From NCBI GenBank assembly GCA_964106645.2, contig OZ067047.1: a stretch of DNA of 64,000 nt. One strand, given 5' to 3'. This document shows positions 10,459-24,643 of the stretch, one piece after another. The stretch comes from Podarcis pityusensis (lineage: Eukaryota). Under the pieces are notes generated by a model, which saw nothing but the letters and a program-made list of their open reading frames with translations, searched no databases and was not told the origin of the DNA. The position numbers were made by a program, and so were the translations under genes. Every line of letters starts with the position of its first letter. The stretch's first letter is position 1.

Positions 10459-12049
10459 AAACCCTTCCTGGATTTTTATACCATTGCCTATGATTGTTTC
10501 CTCCGCTCCTTTTAAGATTGCAGAGCTGCTGTATCTTTTTGATAACTAGTGCAGTAGAATGGCTAAAGTTGTTGCTGAGAGAGATTGCCATCCAAAGATT
10601 TAGAACCGCGACTGCCTTCCCTTTAATCCTAGTTGTGAAGCAAGGAAAAATAAGGAATGCACACTTCAAGAAGAGATGTTGAAATGAAAGATCAGTTTAT
10701 GGAATGAAAAAAAAGTTTCCCACATCTACAGTTTTATACTGTGTAAATTAAATAAGTTAAAACCATGCATTCATCATACAGATTACTGGGTTGTAGCAAA
10801 TGCTGACTTTTTCTCCCCATTTTTCCTTTATAAACATACTAGAGGCTCACCTGATCTTTGAATGTGCACAGAGCCTTAACAGAATTCAGGTGACCACATC
10901 ATAGCTGTGTACTTAAATTATAAGTGTGGAACATACAAGTTGCATTGAAATTCTTATTACTGGACCTTGAATTACAGTCCCCTGGCTATCTAAATTCATT
11001 GTGAATCATCAGCCTTTTCAGATGTTGCACTAAGCATGGGTGTTTGGCCTGCAAGTGCCTCATGTTTGCATGCTTCCGTCTTTGGCACAGCCATGAGATT
11101 GGAATCCTGCTTCTAACCAGACTTCCTTGTTGCATCCAATCTCTGTGAAACTGGTTCAAACAGAAAGCTGGGTTTCCCCACCCTTTTAAATTTATTTAAT
11201 CAGTATAACTAACTGAGGCAGAATCTGGCAGGAGCACCTGTACAAGCCCAAGAGCAATAAGAGAAATCTGTGCAAGAGCACTCTCAATTTATTTTAATGA
11301 CGCTTCTGTAAGAGGCACCCTCAACAGATTGCATTGCCTGTTGTTAGTGGTTGTCACTACTACTAATTATAATCTTCATTGTGTTACTGGCTAGCAGGGG
11401 TGGTGAAGCCATGGCCCTCCAGACACCAGCCTCATCACATGTGAGTTTTTAAAAGGGGAGGGGGAACCCACAGTTGCAGTCCGAACGCTTGGCCATTTTG
11501 CTAGAGCAGAGCTTACCAACCTTTTTGGACCAGTGGGAATATTTTAAACTTCATGAAAGTGCTGTGGGCACCAGTCACAAAGTGGCTGCCATGGGCACAT
11601 GGCATAACATAAAATGCTGCAAATGTTTGTGCTCCTTTTTGTTTGTTTTCTTCACTTGGACAAGATGTCTGTTTTCTAAAATAAGTCTTCTTGTCTCTAA
11701 CAGCTTATTTGATATTATTTGCTAACTATACTGGCATCCTTTTGGCCTAGATGAGCTTCTAATACTGTGGTTTTAAACAGTCCCAACTGTTTTTCTGCAG
11801 TCTCTTTATCTTTAAAAAGTTGGGTTAATATGTATGAAATCCTTGTAATTTAGTACAGACTGATTCCTGAAGTCTTGAATGCTTTTACTCCTATATTGCA
11901 AAACAGTGTATTAAAAATAAAAAGCGGGGCTTTTTGTTTAGTGTAAAAACGTATTGCTGTTTGATAACTGGAAAAATAATATAAATAAGATCCAGCCTGC
12001 TATGTTCCAAGAAAATCCAGCTGATGAAATATACTTTTTTTTAAAACAG

Positions 12050-12160
12050 ACCAGCAGTCACCTTCTTGGGCCAAAGCCATTCCCTCTGGACAGATTGTTA
12101 GCAATATTGCATAGCATTGTTGATAGCCGAGTTGCTCCAACTGCAAATATATTTTCTCAG
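12050..12160 (+). CDS. ORC5: ORC5 coding exon 12, 111 bp
   Basis: aacag|ACC...CAG|gtgagt. [37 protein letters not shown]. Confidence 0.98.
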
Positions 12161-13513
12161 GTGAGTTAAGTTCCTAATATAAATTTTTTAGACAACAGTT
12201 TACTGGTTTCTCTTTACAATATAATTGTAAGCTTTGGTTGTTTCTTGTGTTTCCCTAATTAACCACTCACAGAAGTTATTTTAAATATTTAATGAGAAAT
12301 TGACTGTGTGTTAGCAATTGAAACTTCCAAAGGTTCAGACTCATGGTTTCTCACTGGTTGTCATTTAATTCCAAATGTTACCAATCACCTTCTGAAGAGC
12401 TTTTAATGCAGATTTTAGCCAAGTATTTGTTGTGTTCATGTTGATATGTAGAAAGTCTGCGCTGCATGTTGCAGCTGTTCATTGCTTAATATAATAGGCA
12501 TGATTTAATAATCTAACATGTGCTCAAGTTATGATATATACACACACATGAATTGTTACTTGGCACTACAGAACAGTAAACCACCTTTTAAACTGGTTCA
12601 AACTTAGAAAGGTGTTTCAGGGTTTTTGACCTGGCAAGGAGGGAGAGGGATTAACTTGAGAGTTATTCACTCATCTTTACACTTCTCATATATTTTGCCT
12701 GTTGCCCCTTCCCCAAGAATTATGTCTAAAAGGAAAGCACTGTAAATGCAGGTAGCTTCACTCAGGGTAAGAGTAGTGAGAAATGTGCTTGGTAATTTGT
12801 ATGATGCAACCCCACCATCACCACCAATGAATATCTGTCAAAAATTAAGCAGTGTGGTCTTGAATATTAAATCAAAATGGTTACAATTGGCAACCAAAAT
12901 GATAGGCACCAGAGCACTGACGCCATAAAAAAGAGAGAAGGTATAGCATATCTAATTTGCAGCACAGCTGTTGTTTTCTGACTCCAAAAATGGTCCCAGT
13001 ATGGTCTCTCTTACATTGTTGGCCTAGATGGGGAAACCATATTCTTCCTGAATGAATATAATTTGTCAGTTCTGTCATGCAACACACACACAAACACCTC
13101 TCATTCTCCTCTTTTTATATCCTTCTCTTGCAACCTACTTGAAATGTGACAAACAGAACATATGCACCATGTGTTATAAACATTAACTGCCACATTCAGT
13201 TCTCTTTTTCCCTTTCTTCTGATTTTGGAGCCTTACTGAGTTGATGCCATCAGGTGTCCAAGTGGCTACCATTGACCAAAGGAATAGGTTAAGTAATTTT
13301 GAATGCACCAACTTGCTAACCGTGTAACCTACTCTCCTGGTAATGCCACTAAGAAAGAACTTTGTTTAAGTTACACATTTGAGAAAGAACATTGTCAACT
13401 TTCTTTATAGTGTATAGATCTTGCTCGCCATGCTCCTTCATTCCCCTGCCCTGTCTTAAGTCTATAGCAGTATCTTCTATGTAACATTCTGATGTTTTTA
13501 TTGAGTCAGTTTT

Positions 13514-13528
13514 CACTAGATGGCAGCA
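13514..13528 (+). promoter_or_regulatory. CTCF-like motif
   Basis: CACTAGATGGCAGCA resembles the CTCF core CCACYAGRKGGCRSY; motif match only. Confidence 0.45.
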
Positions 13529-14119
13529 TAACCCAATGAACAAGGGCAGTATTTCAGGAACTGACCCTCCATCAATGCACAGGTTTTTCTTTCACATTAA
13601 ATAGAAGTGTCGGATGGAAGTTTACCCAATGCAACCTTCCCTGTTGTGTTTAATAGATAGAGTAGTTGTCTGTGTAATAACTATCTGCATGTGTGAATGA
13701 GCTTTGTATACATTAAAGTTACTGTTTCTCCATGTAGGAACATGGCTTTTACATTGTTATCTTTTAAAAAAAAACCCCTAAAAAAACAACAACTTTTGAG
13801 GTGATCTAGTGCCTGTTCTGGTCTGGCCATGATTATTCAAATTCACTCTGTAGCCTCATGTAGCCCATGCCTGTGCAAACACAGGTAAACAAGTCTTTCA
13901 GACCAGGCATTATGAGCATCACTCATGCCAAATGGCTTCTCTGTCCTGGGACCCTGTATTTTGAAAATATGAAACCAGCAGTTATTCAGATTTGTATCTA
14001 AAATTATAAGTGAAACATGCAGGTCTCCTTGTGAAGCAGAGAGTGGAAGTAATGGGAAAATCAAGGTCTTCATATTTGCAAAGCTGAAGAATAATTTTAG
14101 ATGGAGTACTGGGTAAAGA

Positions 14120-14471
14120 GGGACGCGGGTGGCACTGTGGGTTAAACCACAGAGCCTAGGACTTGCCGATCAGAAGGTTGGCAGTTCGAATCTCTGTGAC
14201 GGGGTGAGCTCCCGTTGCTCGGTCCCTACTCCTGCCAACCTAGCAGTTCAAAAGCACGTCAAAGTGCAAATAGATAAATAGGTACCGCTCCGGCGGGAAG
14301 GTAAACGGCGTTTCCGTGCGTTGCTCTGGTTTGCCAGAAGCGGCTTAGTCATGCTGGCCACATGACCCGGAAGATGTACGCTGGCTCTCTCGGCCAATAA
14401 AGCGAGATGAGCGCCAAGACCCCAGAGTCGTCCATGACTGGACCTAATGGTCAGGGGTCCCTTTACCTTTT
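14120..14471 (+). mobile_element. Sauria SINE, full length
   Basis: gggacgcgggtggcactgtgggttaaacc head, B-box gttcgaat, Bov-B-like 3' part, (ACCTTT) tail; 13-bp TSD TACTGGGTAAAGA (14107-14119, 14472-14484). Confidence 0.93.
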
Positions 14472-14800
14472 TACTGGGTAAAGATCAGTTGAAACCAAAT
14501 AGGATAAGCAGACAAAAGTGGTTGAAGGGCATGCAACTCTGAAAAAGTAAAGAACTGTATTAGGTGGTAGAAGATCATCATCTAGTTCCAGGATCCCACG
14601 GTTCACTTATTGTTTCTTTGTTCCAGTAGCATTGAGTGCAGCCACTAATCTGCTCTGCTATTTTGTTGTTTACCATTTAGTACTTACTGGCTAAGTACTC
14701 AGTACTTTGGGACATTTTGCTTGAGTTTTCCCCCTAATAGACCAACGTGTCTGTTATGGAAATGTTTTGAGTCCAGTATTGTTTTCTGTTTCAGAATATA

Positions 14801-14815
14801 CACTAGATGGCAGTT
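14801..14815 (+). promoter_or_regulatory. CTCF-like motif
   Basis: CACTAGATGGCAGTT; motif match only. Confidence 0.4.
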
Positions 14816-15948
14816 GTGTCAAATAATTGCCCTTCTTGAGTTGCATTGCAGTTTGAAACTGATTAAAATGTTGCTTTATTTAAAAGTCAGCCACCCCACT
14901 CAAGAAGCAAAAATGTGGGATAACAGTCTAATACAGTTTGAAGAGCTCATGTACACAAACTGCCTTGCAGCTTCTTCCTTAAGATGCTTCCTTATAAGCA
15001 ACTGAGTGTATGTGATTGTGTGTACTGCAACTACGTAGGCAGAGAGGATTATGTGGGTCTTTCCACCCAAATGCCATCCCATCAGGAGGGAGGTAAGCCA
15101 GTAATTGGGTGGGATAAGACTTATACAGGAAGCCCTATTCATGTGGTTTGCAGTGTTGGTACATATGCTGCTGTTGTGTGGAATAACACAACAGGGAAGT
15201 GACTGCCATGCACACATGTGTGATGGGAACCTGAGATTCATCTCTCCTTAAGGACGGACTGGCTCATAATTCAAGAATCAAATGGTATAGCCTTCCAACT
15301 AAACCCAGCCCCCTTTGGTTGGGTTTAAGGTGGGCAAGACAAAAAGGGCTACTCCCCTTTTCACTTCTTCCTGCTTTGTAATGGGGTAGGAGGGACAGGG
15401 AGAGGAACACAAATAAGAGAAGGAAGCAAATGCCTGTCTATCTCCCTGCCATTTCTCTATCATGCAGTTTCCTCATCCACTCCCAGGGACAAGAGCTTTC
15501 ATTCCCACCTTGCCTGCTTCTGCTTCACCTCTCTCTAGTACTGTTCCTTGCAGGATGGAGGAAAATATGGTGTATCAATTCAAACTTCCTCCTGAGAGTG
15601 ACTCAACAGTAATGCCAACTGCTTACATGGCATATACTCTATATATGTTGTGTTAGAATTGGTTTTGATTAAAGTAATATTTTCTTGCACGTATGAGAAA
15701 GGTGAAGGTGCCATTTGAATTTGTTTGGTTGTTGTTTTTAAATCATATTGTGTATTCTTGTACAGTGTTTAATATTTTAAAGAACAATAATTCCACATTT
15801 TCAGTATTAGGACAGTAGTATTTAAATCCATAATATTTCTTTTCTTAAAATAAAAAAAATCTAGCAGATAAAGTAGAAATGAGATTGCAGAAGCCAAATA
15901 TTTTTAAAAGATCCTTGTATGTATCGAAGCAGTCTTCCTTAATGCATA

Positions 15949-16557
<609 letters not shown>

Positions 16558-16885
16558 CGCACGCCAGAGGAGGAGAAGCGAAGTCACTGGGCTCCACACT
16601 TGGCATGCGCCAGGTGGGGGCCGGACGCACGGAGGGCAGTCTTCACCCTCGCTTGTCCCAACTCCCTCCCAGGCTGCCAGGCAGAGGCTGGGAGAAGCAG
16701 AGGCAAAGATCGCCCTCACTTGTCCCAGCCCCCTTGTGGGATTCTGGGCAGGGGCTGTGGTTCACGGAGGGCGCCCAGCAGCAGTGGGGATTGCCGGCCC
16801 CCTCAATATTGGGGGAGCTAGACCCCCTGCTTCAAAATATTGAGGGGGCTGAAGCCCCTTCAACTCCATATAGCTGGTGCTACTG
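16558..16885. mobile_element. GC-rich DNA-transposon-like fragment at the 5' end of the PSMA2 retrocopy
   Basis: Abrupt GC/CpG shift where PSMA2 homology stops; ends ...gggggctgaagcccc...catatagctggtgctactg, resembling a hAT terminus. No second TIR or TSD found. Confidence 0.45.
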
Positions 16886-18764
16886 GTTGCAGCTACAACT
16901 TCCATTTCCTGTTTTTTTGTAATGTTTTGAGTTTCTCTTGTCCCCCCCCCCCCCCCGGCTTCACCCTCTTTCTGTTCAACAACATTTTCTACTTCTTCTT
17001 CCGTTTCAAGAATTTGTGAGATATCAGGGTTCTCAAGCCAGTTGTGGGCTCTGTTTAAACCAAGTGTGATAAGCATGGGGCATCATGAGCTGCACAATTT
17101 CAGTCCTTTTGCCTATTTTTAGGTCTGTTAGCTTTTGTAGCCAAATGATCAACCTGTTTTATATGTTTGCCCTCTCAAAAGAGTCCTGAGGAGCAAGCCT
17201 TGCTATAAATGATTTTCAAGACATGCCACATTACCATTAATTTCTCTACTACTCTGTTGCTGAAGGCACACCCATTAACAGTCTGCAAAATACTAGGATC
17301 TCCAAAAGTAGTGAAAATGTCCATCAGATTGTCTGCAACTTTTGCATTCTTGCTTGCTAAAACTCTGTATCTTTTAGCAAGATGCAGATAATATCACTGT
17401 AGTAATGTGGCAGTGAGAGAGCTAAATTGGAAGTCATTGCTATCGGAAAGAAGCAAAAATAAGATTCTACAATAAGACTCTTCTTGGTTATTTTCATTTT
17501 CCTAGTCAGTGTTAGTTGCTTGTTTTTCTGTAAAAATAGCCTGTTTGGGCTTACAGAGAAGTGAGTTAGGTCTATGTTTTCTTGGAGAGTGAGTCATAAA
17601 AATAACTTTGTCCCTCACTTTTCACTGATCATTACTTTCCTTTGACACCTGCTGCTCCCTCCTCAATCTTTGCTTGCACCTAGTCAGATTGATTTCTCTG
17701 GCAACATGGCCTACTTCTTCTCCTGGAACCTTTAAAGCATTGCTTTAAAGGCCCATTGAGAAAGCTGTATGTGAGCTATATTTTTTTATAATCCCAGAGG
17801 TCAGCTTTATTTTCCATTCTGTGAGTGCTTAGAGCCAGACGGATTCTTAGGTGGAACCAGTGTGTAGAATTCTGTCAGGCCTTCAGCTTAATCTGCACAG
17901 TTATTGGTTATTTATGAACATTTCCAAGCATTACTGGTGGACAGTGTATGGTGAACGATCAATATACAAAATTCCTTCATATATAGCTACTTTCCGCACA
18001 TTATCTGAGGTTACTTGGAGACTATCCTTATTGCATGGGTGAAGCACAAAATGACCAAATTAGGCTGAAGTATTCACATTCTGCAGTGTTTCTTGGACAC
18101 TATGCATATCTTATTGCATATCTTATTTTATCTAATAGGATTTAAATCTGCTTAATCATCAGAACTGCTAATATGTTAACGTATTGCTCAGAAAAGGTAC
18201 AAAATGCAACTGAGAATATGCACATTCCCCAAGACTTGTTAGAAATTATATATATATCAACCAGAAAATATACACTAGTTTCTCTTCACGGATAGATTAT
18301 GAGCACAGCTTCCATGATGTGAAATTGTTCATTGACTGGTTATTATGCACCTTGATATTTCAGCTTGCTCCTAACAACAAACAGATTTCTCTTCCAGAGA
18401 TCCCTAGCCTCCCTCATACAACACAGAAATATCTTAGAAGAGGAAATTACCATTGCACCATTTGAAATATGTGGTGTAGAACATATTTAGGATTGGAGTC
18501 TACAGATAATAAGCCTGATCCTGGCCTCTTCTTTGTTGAAAGAAAAGACTTGCTCCACAGTAGTTAAAACACTAGTTTATCATGAGAGAGGAGGAAGAGA
18601 GCTGTCCCACTTCCCTCTAACATCTTGAAATAGGTTTGTACCTGTGCTAGAGGAAGTACAAGGTTGCTTCTGTCCTGCTCTACTGCAGATTATAGGACCG
18701 TGCTCCAGAGTGGTTTTAAAACTGTTCTAGGGAAAACTGGGTCTCATCTGCATATTGAGAATAC

Positions 18765-19191
18765 TGTTAGGATATAGTTCCGTTCCACCTTAAAAGGAAC
18801 AGGCATGACTGTTTTGTGTCACATGCCTGTTTACTTCCAGCATAGTCTGCTGGGAACTTCCGTTTGTATATTGCTTTTGCTTTCTTTTTTTTTTTTTTTC
18901 TTTTTTTTGCTGTTTGCTGGACACAAGGGGAAGCAGACATGTTTTTCCTTTGTTCCTGAACTATGCTGAATAAACGCCTGTAAATAATGCTTACACATGT
19001 CTCTGTCCGCCACTTCCGTTGTGAGAAGATTTATTCACTCTGCTGATAGAGCGTGCCAAGTCTCTAAAGGGATCTGAGGCTTGTGTCGCTGATTGATGCT
19101 GATCCAAGGGAGGCCGGAGTTTGCCCGGCTGGTGGCTGGAGCTAGCTGGGGGCCTGCCTGATGCCCCCATCTCCCCAGCAGCATCCCAACA
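18765..19191 (+). mobile_element. Solo LTR (family A)
   Basis: TGTTAGGATA...ATCCCAACA termini; 5-bp TSD AATAC (18760-18764, 19192-19196); internal AATAAA; homologous to 2157-2528. Confidence 0.85.
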
Positions 19192-19279
19192 AATACCACT
19201 CCCCAAATGCACAGATGACCCTTCCAGTGGCTTCATATGGGTGTTGTAGGACTTGCCATTGAGCCAAGCAAGCACGCTT

Positions 19280-19720
19280 CCCGAACATGGCCACTTCCTG
19301 AAACCTATTTGTAGGTAGGAGTGGAACTGCTGAAACACTGTGCTTCAAACTCACAGTCTGCATTGCTGATCCAGGATAGCTTGGTCAATGGTATCCAAAG
19401 CCAGTGAGAAATCAAGGAGAGCCAACAGAGTTGCATTCCCCCTGCCTCTCTCCCAATGTGGATCATTGGTTAGGGCAACCAAAGCTCTTTCAATGCTAAA
19501 ATTGAAATGGGTCAGGATAATAAACTTCTTTAAAACAGTCTTCAAGTTGCACGGACACCACTCCCTCAAGCGGAGATGTTTTCGCAATCTCCTGGGTCCA
19601 GGGAGATCCTCTAAAGAGATCCTCTTAAGGAGGGGATCCACCACCTCCTTTAATGAAGCTGGTACCACTGCTTCCCACAGTGAGGCATTAACTACTCCCT
19701 GGACCCACCTGGGTTCTCAG
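19280..19720 (-). mobile_element. Degenerate L2 LINE reverse-transcriptase fragment
   Basis: PASLKEVVDPLLKR...ALVALTND...LLALLDFSLALDTIDQAIL and then (Q)FHSYL match L2 RT motifs (LLDLSAAFDTIDH; WFxSYL). Confidence 0.75.
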
Positions 19721-20860
19721 AAGACAATTTGATATGACCTGTGGATAGAAAGTTTGATAATCCTTCACTAAGAACATTCATATGTGATAAAATTGATGCA
19801 GGATTCCCCTCCCTGGTGATTATGTACTCTAGAAACTGTCCAACTTTTACCTTGATGTGTTGTCACTTTTGACTGGATCATTGCAAAGGAGAAGAGAAGT
19901 TATTATTGGAAATTGAAAAGTGAGTATATTTTGTATGGCTATTAAATCATTCCTTTTGTGGTTTCCGTTACATGTCATTGAACTCATTTTCTACAAGGAG
20001 ATAGCATCTTGAAGTTTAAGCTAGAGGAGTTAGATGACAAGCACTAAATCTTTGCTACATTCTGGGGATGGATAGAAGAAATACTGGACAAATTCTTGAT
20101 AAGATTACATGCACTGTTTGTTAATGTTTAACTAACGGACCCTAAAGAATTGTGCTCTGCTCTGCCCAGTGAATGTATTAGTGTCCCAAATTACAGGGTA
20201 TATTACATAAACAGGTTCCCTCCTACAGAAATAACAAATAAATTTAAGAACAGGTGTAGAGAAGATAAGTAGGCACCTGTGTGATTAGTCTGACCAAGAG
20301 TTGATCATAAAAGGCGCTATCTGTCTTTCCACATTCATATCGACCTTCCACAAAGGTGCTGAAAAGAGCTTTTATATAGTTTTACCATTTTGTCCTTGTG
20401 ACAACCCTGAGCTGCAGAATAGGCTGAAAGCTAGTGACTGACACAAGCTTCATGGCCACGTAGAAATTTGAACCTGGATCTTGGAGGTTCAAGTACAGCA
20501 TTCTGTCCGCTACACCATATTAAAGCGACTGTTGCATTGAAAGGAAGGACCTTGGTTGTTCAGTGTATTTACTCATGAGGAACTGCATTTGTTTACACTG
20601 TTCTAGCAACAGGAAAGGGCAGATCATGTCACATACCAAGTAGCATTACAGTTCCCTTCATAATATTTATGGTAAGGAGAAGGCATCTGTCCTGCTTAGA
20701 TACACATATAATGCCTATTTAATTTGCTGGATAAAATTAGTAGTATTTCTGTAGCATACTACTCTCAAACTCTTTAAGTTCCAGTACTTAATAAGTTGAA
20801 GATGTGCAGCAGGGATGAGGACTTTGGCACTCCAGATAATGTTGGACTCTTAACTCCTAT

Positions 20861-21111
20861 GTGAGTTAAGTGTGGTGTAGTGGTTAAGAGTGGTGGACTC
20901 GTAATCTGGTGATCCGGGTTCACTTCCTGACTCCTCCACATGCAGCTGTTGGGTGACCTTGGGTTAGTCACGCTTCTCTGAAGTCTCTCAGCCCCACTCA
21001 CCTCACAGAGTGTTTGTTGTGGGGGAGGAAGGGAAAGGAGAATGTTAGCCACTTTGAGACTCCTTCGGGTAGTGATAAAGCGGGATATCAAATCCAAACT
21101 CTTCTCTTCTT
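20861..21111 (+). mobile_element. Squam3-type tRNA-derived SINE
   Basis: gtgtggtgtagtggttaagag head, (CTT)n tail, candidate TSD CTCCTAT (20854-20860, 21112-21118); very similar to 58371-58618. Confidence 0.8.
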
Positions 21112-24100
21112 CTCCTATCAGCCCCAACCAAGATGGTCAAAGCCCATGGATGATGGGACAACATTTGGAGGGCCGCAGGTTCCCCATTCCTCCTTTATAG
21201 CATTAATTTCACAAAAGACTATGATAGAAATCAGTGCCAGTTGTTGGTTTTTTTTAAAATGTTAGTATAAAAAGGGAAGCACAACAGTGCAAGCTTTGAC
21301 TTCTGCTTCCCTCAGGCCAAGATGATTCTGCAGAAATCTCTGTGGTGGCAGGTAGAAGACAGAGGGGCCACCACTGTGAGCTGGTGGTAGCTCACCAGAC
21401 TGCTTTTCTTTAACCTTGACATAGATAAATCTCAGTTTAAGAATTTGAAAGCCCCCGGAGCAAGCAGCTGAGTTTCCACAAAGTCACCACAAACCTTAGT
21501 CATGGACTAGAGTGTACCATATAATTATCAAAATGGTTCTGTCTGGAACTTATCTCTTTTAGTCATAGGGACAAAGATTTCTCAGCAAGGCATAGCCCTG
21601 GACATTACTGTTTCTAACCAAAATTTGGCCATGAGGTATAACTTAAGCTTTTGATTTGATTAAGAATGCACTTCATATTTACAGCTGTATCACTTAGACC
21701 GAAATACTGAATGCTAATATGATGTGACTCAGTCAAAATAATGAGCACTACTTTCACCATGCTTCCAGCTGGAGAGAGCCAAAGGGACTGTGTTTGAATA
21801 ACAACCAAAATGTTTGGGCTTTTGAAGGAGGGACAATGTGACAGATTGTCCCCCTGTCACGACTTTTCTTATCTGTTTCAAATGGATTGAACCTGGCAAG
21901 CTCCAATTACTGTGCTCTTAATTATTGTCCAAAGTTTATGTAGTGATTAAATCCAGTGAGAGACTTGTCTAACAACTCATCACAGAAATATAGGGATATT
22001 TTCCAAACCAAAGGGCTTGATGAACTTAAATAAACTGTTGTTTCCAAAATAAGGTCTAAGGTTTAGGGGTTTTTGACTCATTTCCCCATGGGAACAGTCT
22101 GTGGTGTCAGCTACATAGGCTGGAAAGGAACCTTACTGGTTGTGTTTCTCTGTTGAAGAAATATGCCAATTTAATAGTTATAGTCTTCTACCAAGCATTG
22201 CCATGGCTATAATTATCCTTATTTTTCACTGGTTCTGTAAATTACATCTCAAACTGATTCCTGGAGTATTTTCCTTGGTATGAAATGAATGGAGACCACT
22301 ACATAAGAGCATGGATAAACTTCTGTAGTTTCCATAATTCCAGTGATTCTTGAGCAGAAAAAATATCCCATCAGATTGTGCACAATGGTATTGTTTTGGT
22401 GAGTTTTTTATGGCTTGTCCCAAAAAATGGTCAGTCCCCTTTCACTTTTCAGACAACTACTGGAAGAATAGGCTATTTAGGTGTTATATAAATTTTGTCT
22501 ATAAATGTACATGCCTATATAGTTGGTCAGTCTTAAGTCTTTCTGTTGAACAATTAGAATGGACAAGGGATTCTGAATTGACTAAGAGCTGAACGGGTCA
22601 TCTTCTTTCTTTAAAACAAGGTTTTCTGCAAGTCTTGCCTTGATAGCTGATAATAAAATCCACCTCTTAGGCCGGATGGAAGGAGTTGTCACCAGCTCAT
22701 TCAGCTGAAGTGTACCTTGCACTTCAGAGGGAGAAAAGGGGATGGAAAGAAGTTTAAAAGGCCATAATTTTCTTGTTATTTCTTTAAAACTTTCACTTGT
22801 GACAAATGTGGCAAGAACATTCAAGTTAGACGTGTAGAAAGCGCAGCATGGTAGCTTTGGTTAGCACTTCAGTATGAAATGTGGCACTTTCAGAGAACCT
22901 GCTGTTGCACTGAAGAAAATGAGCAGGCTGTACTTTTTATAGCAAATTACTAATAGAATGTCAAGGCTTGCCATTGGTGTGAACAAAAAGAAGAAAAGAG
23001 AAAAACACCATATTTCCCATTAGAATGGTTTATTTAAAAAAAAAACAAATTAAAGGTGATGGGATGCAGTCACTAATAAGTCGTAGTCATTTTAATTGAT
23101 TTTAAACCTTTTTCCTCTTCTGAAAATGGAAGCTTTTTTCCTAGTTTATGTTTTGCAGATAATCAGACTTTATTAAATGTACTGTGCTGCATATTATGAT
23201 GCATCTTTCTATTCAGTTCACTGATGTTGTCACTTTGCATCTATTTACCAACATTCTCACAAGTGATCTCAGTATTTTTTGTTCATTTTTAGTAGAAATT
23301 AATGGGCGTTTGGAAATTTTACACAGACGAAAGATTATCTGACTACTTTGGAAACTGCAGAATGTACCATTTTATATTATCAAGGGAGTGTAGGTTTTCT
23401 GTGTGGTATGTCTTAATATTGTATTTTTATTTTGTTTTTGGTGAATATGATCTACTTGGTTACCAGCAAATGAAGATTTCGTTGACATTTGGTTACACGG
23501 AGCCTGGGAAAGAGCAATGATGGAAAATCACCATTATTTAGTTCTTACAGTTTCTCAGCAAAATACCGTAAAAATAGATGCTGGTCCTTAAGAATTTGAA
23601 TCGTAGGATGTTCATCCCTGCTCTTATATATAGATTTCCAGTTGCAAGCCAGCAATTAAATTCTAGTAGCATTTCTGCTCCAAACCTTGAAAGAAGTTCC
23701 AGTGAAAGTATTTGCTAATGGTGTTTGACTGCATTTCTGAGCTGACTTTTCTCTGTGTATTAACTCATTCATGTACTTCAGTAGAACTGGTGTTGGAGTC
23801 TGCAGAAAGTGAATTTTTTTATCCCAGGAGTGGGGGCATTTTCCCCAAGGTCATGCTTGGAAGCCTGCTGTTCAGAGGAGAAACCCCAGTTTACTGATTA
23901 GCTTTGCTCAGTTTGTTTTTAAGTAAGTGGCATAACTCCGCACAGGCAACACACACCGTGGTCACGGAAGGTTATCTGTTGCTTTGTGTGATGTCTGAAA
24001 TGATAAATTGTAGTTAACAGCTATTGCTGCACTTCCAGAGGCTGCTGCATCATGGAGACTATCATGAAATTATGAAGGGGAATACTCAGAGGATGGGAAA

Positions 24101-24643
24101 CAGAAGCAGACAAACTGGGTTTTGTGTTGTACTTTTGGAAGCTCAAACAGTGGTTTGCATTCTAAATTAAGATTAGTACGAACAATGAATTGGTGTGATA
24201 TCTTTAACTGAGCTATAGTTGGGCAGCTCCTGTTCCTTCCTGTTGTGCCTGTGTTTATATATCGAACAAATCCAGCTGAAGCTTGTTACTTACTGCCTTT
24301 TTTTAATCTTGCTGTTAAATACAAGCTCCTATTGTTTGGAGCTAAATAATCGGCTCATCCTTATGTAGACAAGAACAAAGACCGTAATAGCACATCTGGT
24401 TTATCTCTTAGTAGAGCAAAGATTAATTAAGTGGTAATGGTGCAACTTTTCTTAATAACTCTTCTAAATAAAGCAAGCTTGAAAATGGGAAAAAAGAGAT
24501 CTGTCACTTAGATGCCTCTTGTAGTTTTGTTGACAGGTTTGGAGGGGTTGTTAAAATTCTCTTTCAGTTGAGGGTGGGAATATTTTTGTTCATGGGTTTT
24601 CTGGAATTCAGAAATCCTGTTCCTTTAAATGATAGAACAAGTT

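Noticed and set aside
9984-10669. GC-rich region with overlapping long ORFs, possible CpG-island promoter or nested gene
   Set aside because: The GC-rich part is bounded exactly by TG...CA and a 5-bp TSD, so it is a solo LTR.
16762-17076. 104-aa acidic minus ORF upstream of the PSMA2 retrocopy, possible chimeric N-terminus
   Set aside because: No PSMA2 N-terminal match, runs through a poly-C tract and a repeat, and the downstream retrocopy is disabled.
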